Below, one piece after another: positions 56,957-64,000 of a stretch of 64,000 nucleotides of DNA; position 1 is the stretch's first letter; the number at the start of each line of letters is the position of its first letter. Origin of the DNA: a virus; IMG/VR virus record IMGVR_UViG_3300008116_000027, positions 1-64,000 of that record. One strand, given 5' to 3'. The notes beneath the pieces are model-generated. The model was not told the origin of the DNA and searched no databases. It saw only the letters and a list, made by a program, of their open reading frames with translations. The position numbers and the translations under genes were made by a program.

Positions 56957-58999
56957 ATGATATCAGCACCTGCAAATTTAAAAACTTTATTATATAACAA
57001 TACAAATATTAAAATTAACTCTGGTTGTTATATTGAGTACAACATGAACACAATGCTAGACGGAGTATCGGCATCTACTAATATAACGGATACATCGTAT
57101 ACATCACAAATTGTAGATATAATTGGGCAGCCAACTTGGCCAAATGGCAGACCAAATCCATATAAAAAACTATTTCCAGTAGATTCAATTATTAAGCCAT
57201 TTAGACCATTAGCCTCTGGAATTAAATATTTTATTTTAGAAAAACCAGTTGCAAATGGTGGACCAACCGAAACACAAAAAAATACTTTTTCTAACTATAG
57301 ATCAGTTTTATATCCAGAGACACAACCAAGAATATATTATCCAGGGGCAAACACATATTATAAATACTGGGTAACACCTAAAGACACTGGAGTAAATATT
57401 ACTGTTAACTATTTAACAAATTTAACTCAATATGCATTAACTAATAAAATAGTTTTAAAATTTGAAAGCACACACAGTCTTCCAGGAACCTATACAGTTA
57501 AAATTACAAAATCAAATAATACAGAAGAAACTATTGCAAATGCCTTAGCAACACCATTAAGTGGACTTATTGAATTATATTACAATGGAACATCATGGTC
57601 TACGTCAGCACCCTCAGAACCACAATCATTTTCAGATCCAATATCAATTAAATCAATAACGGTTACTACTCCAAGTGCTGGTACAAATAGAATAATTGGT
57701 GTAACTGAAATTTCTGCAAGATGGATAAAAGATATTTCCTCAGACGTAGTTTCATTTGATATAAGTAAAGAATCGTCATCTAGCTCAGAAGAGTTGTTGC
57801 CAATAGGTAAAATAACAGCAAATAGTATTAATTTAAATTTAGTTAAATATAACCAAAGCACACTTCAATATGTTTCATACAATAGAAATATTGCTTTAAA
57901 CTCTTCATTAACCTATATGACAAAAAATGCAAAAGTAATTCCATTTTTTAAAATATATCATCAGGATGGTTTAATATCAGAAGGATCAAGTAAATATGAT
58001 AAAGTTAATCAGGGATATTTTTATATAAATGAATGGAACATTTCTAGTTACGGAGAAGTATCACTCAGCGCCCTCGATTCAGCAAAATATTTAATGGAAG
58101 TGGTGTGCCCAGATATACTATGTGAAGCATATCCAGTAACTGCAATTATTAGAAGATTGCTAGATTCAGTAGGATACACTAATTATAAATTTAATTTATC
58201 ATCTAACTCGGATTCTTCTGTTCCATTAATTAATTATTTTTGGACAGATGGTTCTAAAACTGTTTGGGAATACCTACAAGAATTATGTAGAGATATTCAA
58301 ATGAATGCAATTATTGATGAAAATGATATACTTCAATTTTATAGTAGAAATTATATGTATTCACGAACAACAAAAGATTGGAACTTTTATCAAGAAGTAG
58401 AGGGAAGCGCTTTACCAAATATTATTGAATTTTCTAAAAAAGAAATGCCGTCTGCCAATCAAGTAAAAGTAAGGTGGAGTACACCAACAACCAGCGAATA
58501 CCTACAGTCCTCAGATCCATTGTGGCAGTCTTCTCAATCATTTATAGTGGCTGGCGGACTTACAGAATCATTAGGAGTTTCTGGAAATAATAATATTGCA
58601 ATTGATTTATCTGGACCTAGTGTATATAACAAATTAATATCTGGATTTAATTTTGAAGGGTATTTTTTGGTGGATTCAGAAATTATTGAATACGATGCAA
58701 TGGGGTATCAATACATACCAGCAGAAACAACAAACAATACTGTTACAGATGCAATTAACGGAACTGTTTTGAATAATGGTACTAATCCAATAAATATATG
58801 GATAGAGTCTTCTGCAGATTTGAGCAAATATACTGCCTTGTCTAAACCGCCAACTGGTACAACTCTTCAAATAAATATAAAGCCAAATGGTAGATACAGA
58901 ATTAAAACAAGAGGTGCTTTAGGAACTACCGCTGCTGCTCATAATTATAGCGGTGCACCGTCCTCACAGTATGCTTGGACGGGAGTTTTAATAGGATGA
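56957..58999 (+). CDS. minor tail/baseplate hub protein
   Basis: Synteny; TVWEYLQELC....A..DE.D.LQF pattern. Confidence 0.65.
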   Translation: MISAPANLKTLLYNNTNIKINSGCYIEYNMNTMLDGVSASTNITDTSYTSQIVDIIGQPTWPNGRPNPYKKLFPVDSIIKPFRPLASGIKYFILEKPVANGGPTETQKNTFSNYRSVLYPETQPRIYYPGANTYYKYWVTPKDTGVNITVNYLTNLTQYALTNKIVLKFESTHSLPGTYTVKITKSNNTEETIANALATPLSGLIELYYNGTSWSTSAPSEPQSFSDPISIKSITVTTPSAGTNRIIGVTEISARWIKDISSDVVSFDISKESSSSSEELLPIGKITANSINLNLVKYNQSTLQYVSYNRNIALNSSLTYMTKNAKVIPFFKIYHQDGLISEGSSKYDKVNQGYFYINEWNISSYGEVSLSALDSAKYLMEVVCPDILCEAYPVTAIIRRLLDSVGYTNYKFNLSSNSDSSVPLINYFWTDGSKTVWEYLQELCRDIQMNAIIDENDILQFYSRNYMYSRTTKDWNFYQEVEGSALPNIIEFSKKEMPSANQVKVRWSTPTTSEYLQSSDPLWQSSQSFIVAGGLTESLGVSGNNNIAIDLSGPSVYNKLISGFNFEGYFLVDSEIIEYDAMGYQYIPAETTNNTVTDAINGTVLNNGTNPINIWIESSADLSKYTALSKPPTGTTLQINIKPNGRYRIKTRGALGTTAAAHNYSGAPSSQYAWTGVLIG

Positions 59000-60672
59000 G
59001 TACATTTACAATCATTAAAGATTTAGTTGTAAATCCTAGTGAAAATGGAGCAATAATAGTTGTAGACACATATGATGGATATGATGCTCCTACTAATTAT
59101 AATGTTGTAATAAATGAAATATTAGATAGCGGGCAAGTTATCATTCAAGATTTTAATGTTAGTCCAAATCCACCAACACTAACTACATCAATTACAGTAA
59201 GTGGTTTAAAAAGTGGAACTTCGTATGAGGCTGTTGTAATACCAACTTTAAATGGAGTATTTGCCCCAATGAGACCTCGTTGGACAAAAAAGTTTAGCAC
59301 TATATCTAGTTATGGTGGGCAAACAGTTTCTTCAACAAGACAAGATTTTAAAGTTAGTAAATCATATCTGCAGTTAGCAGTAACTGCTGCACAATATAAG
59401 AATAAACAGTCTGCAGTTTTTTATAGAAATTTTGATTCTATAACAATACCAACTACTAAAACTGTATCGCAAACAAATGGAAATTCATATAACACTGGAT
59501 ACTTTTCTTTTGGAACAAGTTTAATAATGAAAGATACTTTAGAAAATACATTGCATGCTGGCGGTATAGGATTCTTTTTAAATGAGACAGGAACAAGTGG
59601 GTACTATATTGTAATGGAATCAACTGCCTCAGCATCAGCAATATTAGATAAAAAATCAGTAAGAATTGAAAAATGGGTAGGCAGCAATAAGATACCACTT
59701 AAAGAAGTTGGAACAAGAACTGAGTCTAATATAGAAGGAATATTTGGAGGAAGAACATACAATATTGATGTTAAGGTTAAAATAGATAATCAAACAGTTA
59801 TTATTAATGCCTTTATAAATGGTTACGGAATAACAGCAGTAGATACTACTTATAAAATTAATAATAAAGTTCAAATTAAATCAACAATTTTGCCTCCCAC
59901 CAAAAAAATAGGTTTAGCGTGTACTAGAGGAGAAGTAGCTTTTGATTATGGATATGGATATTCAATAACAGAAAATCAATACAACGACAGACTTTCAGAG
60001 TTAAATATGTATCAAGGTCAATTTAATAATGATTTAATAAATGCATCATATGGAGATTTAATCTATATGGCAAATTATCAAGCAGATGAAATATCTATGA
60101 ATAATAAAAAAGAAATAGCAATAGATGAATTTGGAACAGTAGTAAGAGAAATTATTAAAAAAGATGTAACGTTTAATAAAAGGCCAGCATACCCAGTAAT
60201 GTGGAGCACTGGTATAAATCCTTTTGCAAAAATACTTGGGGAAAAAATTTCTAATTTTGGATCACAAGTTTTTGTCATGAATAATACATCTCAAACAATT
60301 CCATTATCAAATGGAGCAGAAGCATCATTTTTATTATTAGGAAATAGCTTAGGAAATTCAGGAGACCTAGAGTATTCTACTGATGAATTAAATGACTACG
60401 TAAATAAAGAGCCAGCAATATTTATTTCTAGTTGGCTACAGAATGAGTCGGATGTCAAATCTCTTGCTACTTGGATTAAATCTAATATAGTAAATAAAGG
60501 TAAAATTGTAAATATGACAATTTTTGGAAATCCTCTTATTTCTGTAGGAGATATTATTTCAATAAAGCATACATATCAAGGTCTTGCAGGGACAGAAAAC
60601 TTTATTGTAACTGAAGTAAAACAATCATTTTCTGAAGGATTGGAGACATCAATTACCTGTAGAACTTTATAG
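58996..60672 (+). CDS. minor tail protein
   Basis: FN3-like N-terminus; C-terminal IFGNPLI.VGDII; start moved to the ATG overlapping the upstream stop. Confidence 0.65.
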   Translation: MSTFTIIKDLVVNPSENGAIIVVDTYDGYDAPTNYNVVINEILDSGQVIIQDFNVSPNPPTLTTSITVSGLKSGTSYEAVVIPTLNGVFAPMRPRWTKKFSTISSYGGQTVSSTRQDFKVSKSYLQLAVTAAQYKNKQSAVFYRNFDSITIPTTKTVSQTNGNSYNTGYFSFGTSLIMKDTLENTLHAGGIGFFLNETGTSGYYIVMESTASASAILDKKSVRIEKWVGSNKIPLKEVGTRTESNIEGIFGGRTYNIDVKVKIDNQTVIINAFINGYGITAVDTTYKINNKVQIKSTILPPTKKIGLACTRGEVAFDYGYGYSITENQYNDRLSELNMYQGQFNNDLINASYGDLIYMANYQADEISMNNKKEIAIDEFGTVVREIIKKDVTFNKRPAYPVMWSTGINPFAKILGEKISNFGSQVFVMNNTSQTIPLSNGAEASFLLLGNSLGNSGDLEYSTDELNDYVNKEPAIFISSWLQNESDVKSLATWIKSNIVNKGKIVNMTIFGNPLISVGDIISIKHTYQGLAGTENFIVTEVKQSFSEGLETSITCRTL

Positions 60673-60697
60673 TTTTAAAATGGTATAATAAAAATAT

Positions 60698-61498
60698 ATG
60701 AATAATCCAAATAAAAGATTAAGTTTAAGCGACCTTAATAGAGGACAAGTTTTTGTTTTAACTGAGGGAAGTCCAGAAACCATAGTTTCTTTCCCAGGAA
60801 CATATTTAATATTAAAAGGTGGCTCAATAGATTATTCTAAATATTTATCTGCCAGTCTATATTCGGCGGGATCTGGTAGCGGATTATATGTAAATGAAGA
60901 TGGGGAAGTTAATACTAATCTGCCAAGTCTAGAAGATCTATTAGATATTCCAGAGTTATCGGATATAGAAAGTATAACTTATGAGCCATACTATGACATT
61001 GCAACAAAGGTACAAAAAGTAAGGGCTATATTAAAAATTAGAAATTCAAGTCAAAATAAAATTAATGTAGACGGAGTAGACGCTAGAATATTTAATCCCA
61101 CCACAATTGTTCAGGTTGCAAGCAAAACATCTACATCCGTACAATTTATTACTCCAACTCCTGGAGTTCCTGCTGTTTATTTTAAGAGAGACAGCACAGA
61201 AATTTTTTGGGGATGGAATAACGTTTCTGGACTTGGGTCATATTCAAGTGTAAGATATGATTGGATAATAAGCTCATCAAGTTCGTCTACCGCCACGGCA
61301 TTAAACAGCGGGTCAGAAGTTTATTCCACATCTGCTTCAAATGGTATTGGTAGTAGCGGAGTAATGAAAACTTATAGAGTAAGTTCAAGGGATGGAGATA
61401 CAGCAGCAACATCTTCATTTAGATGGCTTAGAGTAAAAACTGTAGTAACAGGAACAAATGGAATAGAGTATTCATCTTCATACTCTACACCAATTTAG
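60698..61498 (+). CDS. minor tail protein
   Basis: 266-aa ORF in the tail module. Confidence 0.55.
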   Translation: MNNPNKRLSLSDLNRGQVFVLTEGSPETIVSFPGTYLILKGGSIDYSKYLSASLYSAGSGSGLYVNEDGEVNTNLPSLEDLLDIPELSDIESITYEPYYDIATKVQKVRAILKIRNSSQNKINVDGVDARIFNPTTIVQVASKTSTSVQFITPTPGVPAVYFKRDSTEIFWGWNNVSGLGSYSSVRYDWIISSSSSSTATALNSGSEVYSTSASNGIGSSGVMKTYRVSSRDGDTAATSSFRWLRVKTVVTGTNGIEYSSSYSTPI

Positions 61499-61505
61499 GA
61501 GAAAA

Positions 61506-62633
61506 ATGATTAAAGGAACATATATATATTATCAAGACGGAAAAGAAATTGCCCGTTCTTCAAATGTTATTACAAAATTTGGAAAAAGATTTTTAACAAA
61601 TACAATAGCTGGAAACGTATCTAATTTAAAAAAAGACATAGCAATAGGAATAGACTACACTACTGCCGCAGAAAATGACACAAGATTAGGTTTTGAGTTT
61701 TATAGAGTACCAGTATTTTTTGGATCATCTGACATACAGACAGTTGACGGTACATCAACATATTCTGCAATTTTTAAAACATCAATACCGCAAGATGTAG
61801 AGGGACATATTAATGAGATAGGACTCTACCCATCGGACAGAACTTCAATTAATAATTATGATAGTAAATTTTTAACAGATTTTTCTAGCTACTTAGACTG
61901 GACAGATGAAGATTTATTTAAAGCAGACTATTCTACTAACAATCCAAGAATTGGTAACAATTTAGTAGTAATGCAGTCAGACGGGCCAGATGCTAATGAA
62001 TATTTTTATAACATTACACCAATTGATTTATCTGGATACAGCGTAAACGACACTTTAAGATTAGCATATAATAAATTAGATCAAGAACTGGAATCTATTA
62101 AAATTAAATTGTATAGCTCAGATACTCAATATTTTGAATATGAAATAATGCCATCTCAAGAGTTAGGACATGCAATTACAAATGATATATTAATGTCATT
62201 AGTATATGCTGGAACAAGTGCTGTTTCCCCAGACAAAAAATTAATTAATAAAATTGGAATAACAATTACACCATCTGGAAGCAATACTACATATGTTGGC
62301 TTTGATGGATTAAGAATTAATGATGAAGATACATTTGATCCATTTTTTGGATTAATCAGTAGATCTGTTGTAAACAATACAACATCAATATCTGGAACAT
62401 CGGGACAAAATACAATAACAGTTGGATCAATAAATAATCTGTTTGTAGGTCAACCAGTTGTTGGAACTGGAATAGCGTCTGGTTCTCTAATAACTGATAT
62501 TTCAAATAATACAGTAACACTTTCAAAAAATAATACTGGAACAGTATCTGGTGCTGGATCTTTTTATGGCATTAAAAAAATTGCTGGTAGGTCTTTGGAT
62601 ATAGAATATAAATTAGACCTAGACTGGAACTAA
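61506..62633 (+). CDS. minor tail/baseplate protein
   Basis: NVITKFGK, D..LGFEF.R and INEIGLY motifs. Confidence 0.65.
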   Translation: MIKGTYIYYQDGKEIARSSNVITKFGKRFLTNTIAGNVSNLKKDIAIGIDYTTAAENDTRLGFEFYRVPVFFGSSDIQTVDGTSTYSAIFKTSIPQDVEGHINEIGLYPSDRTSINNYDSKFLTDFSSYLDWTDEDLFKADYSTNNPRIGNNLVVMQSDGPDANEYFYNITPIDLSGYSVNDTLRLAYNKLDQELESIKIKLYSSDTQYFEYEIMPSQELGHAITNDILMSLVYAGTSAVSPDKKLINKIGITITPSGSNTTYVGFDGLRINDEDTFDPFFGLISRSVVNNTTSISGTSGQNTITVGSINNLFVGQPVVGTGIASGSLITDISNNTVTLSKNNTGTVSGAGSFYGIKKIAGRSLDIEYKLDLDWN

Positions 62634-62634
62634 A

Positions 62635-64000
62635 ATGTCAGCATATCAAGATCTGCTAAAAGACACATCGGTTGCTGTTGAAGACGGCAACTATTTTATA
62701 GTAACAGTCGCAGATCTAAATTTAAATACAACATATCCAATTCAATTTAGATGGAAATATAAAGATGGCACATATGGGCTATGGGGTGCTACTAAAATAA
62801 TAACAACAACTGGAGAAATTGTGCCAGGCAGACCAAATCTTGGAGTTTCTGATGTTGTTGGAGATAAAGGGTTTATTAAAGTTACTTGGAATGGAAATGA
62901 TAGTTCTGGGAAACCAATAACAAACATAGATAGAGTTGATATATATATAGATGGTTCTCCATTTAATGGATTAAAACCAGCTGGTAGCTTTAAAACTTCA
63001 GGAACACAAACAATTGCCGCACCAGCAGGACAATACATAGTTGCCTTGTATGCAGTAACTAATTATGGAAGTACGTCTCCTGTAAGCACTTCAAGAACAG
63101 TAACTGTGGCTGATGCTGGACAGACAATAATTAGTCCAGAAAACCCAGATGTTCCAACATTAACTGCAGGGCTAGCATCAATTATTGTTTCTTGGAATGG
63201 TAAAAAATTAGTCGATGGCGTTGCCAGCAATTTTTCTGAAGGGGCTTTTGCAAGCGCTAAGGTTTATGTAGGAACCTCGGCTGAGTTTGTTACAAGTGAT
63301 AATAATTGGGTTCATTCATTAAACTTTGCAAACGGAACTAATCAAGTATCAATTGGAGTTGGAACTGTAATTGATAAATCGCTTGGGACAAAATTAGAAT
63401 ATGGTGTGCCATATTACGTTAAGATTAAAACTGTAAATGCTGCAGTACCACCAGTTGAAACATCAACAGCAGTTTCTTCTAGCCCAACAAATATTACAGT
63501 TGATAAGGTAGCAGCAAGCGAAATTAAAACAGGATTCCTTTCAGCAGATGCACAAATACTTGCTGGAATTAGTGGCGGAGCAAGAGTAGAATTATCAGGA
63601 TCTACAACACCATTTGTAATATATGGAACTGGCGGACAAGAGTTATTAAAATTTATTTCAAGCCCAACCCCAAGCTTAACAGTTAATGGAGGAGGAATAT
63701 TTACTGGAGATCTTTCAGCAGGATCAGGGACTTCAATATTTAAATCAGATTCAAGCGGAATATATTTAGGAAATGAAACATTTGGATTAGCCCCATTTAG
63801 TGTATCTAGAAACGGTACATTGAAAGCACAATCTGGAACAATTGGTGGATGGCAAATATCAGGAAGCTATTTACAGAATACTACTGGCACATTTCAGATA
63901 AATAGTAATGACTCCGCTATGTATTTAGGAAGTCCAGATTCAAGTCATATAAGATTTACTCCTTCTCAAATTGCACACTATAACGGATCGGGATCTCCTA
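62635..64000 (+). CDS. minor tail/fibre protein with FN3-like repeats (truncated by window end)
   Basis: ATG at 62635 (MSAYQDLLKD...); frame appears open to the end; absent from the ORF track because no stop lies in the window. Confidence 0.7.
   Translation, partial: MSAYQDLLKDTSVAVEDGNYFIVTVADLNLNTTYPIQFRWKYKDGTYGLWGATKIITTTGEIVPGRPNLGVSDVVGDKGFIKVTWNGNDSSGKPITNIDRVDIYIDGSPFNGLKPAGSFKTSGTQTIAAPAGQYIVALYAVTNYGSTSPVSTSRTVTVADAGQTIISPENPDVPTLTAGLASIIVSWNGKKLVDGVASNFSEGAFASAKVYVGTSAEFVTSDNNWVHSLNFANGTNQVSIGVGTVIDKSLGTKLEYGVPYYVKIKTVNAAVPPVETSTAVSSSPTNITVDKVAASEIKTGFLSADAQILAGISGGARVELSGSTTPFVIYGTGGQELLKFISSPTPSLTVNGGGIFTGDLSAGSGTSIFKSDSSGIYLGNETFGLAPFSVSRNGTLKAQSGTIGGWQISGSYLQNTTGTFQINSNDSAMYLGSPDSSHIRFTPSQIAHYNGSGSP

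Noticed and set aside
1-64000. Stop-codon reassignment or prophage signatures
   Set aside because: Genes are full length in the standard code and use all three stops; no integrase, repressor or host flank was recognised

Overview
AT-rich, gene-dense segment of a large tailed dsDNA phage with siphovirus-type morphogenesis genes. The host is very probably an actinobacterium, based on the promoter and operator motifs, leaderless genes and an Lsr2-like peptide; the low GC would fit small freshwater Actinobacteria (inference). The window has four zones. (1) 1-11.3 kb is a leftward block of about 35 small 'early/host-takeover'-type genes plus tRNA-Asp. Fourteen promoters here match the actinobacterial PafBC/RecA-NDp DNA-damage motif TGTCRG-N10-TANNNT. 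The block also carries a shared AACGAAAGGA RBS, a candidate sRNA antisense to that RBS, a second six-copy intergenic element, and clustered CRP, DnaA, WhiA-like and LexA boxes. (2) 11.4-21.8 kb holds tRNA-Asn, tRNA-Glu, four 2OG-Fe(II) oxygenases, candidate ncRNAs, a lytic transglycosylase, a glycosyltransferase, class II RNR and a holin. (3) 21.9-40.9 kb holds fibre/virion-accessory genes. Two paralogous modules of [fibre + (FN3 or PASTA)-poly(Pro/Phe/Tyr)-Hint protein] bracket an operon of 7 prolyl-hydroxylase-like dioxygenases and 2 DUF6065-like genes. (4) 40.9-64 kb holds portal, protease/scaffold, major capsid, neck, major tail, tail chaperones with a -1 frameshift, tape measure and minor tail genes. 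Strongest novelty candidates: the PafBC-type early regulon with its anti-RBS sRNA, and the PFFP-repeat/Hint/dioxygenase modification cluster. All family assignments come from motif recognition by eye; no database searches were run.
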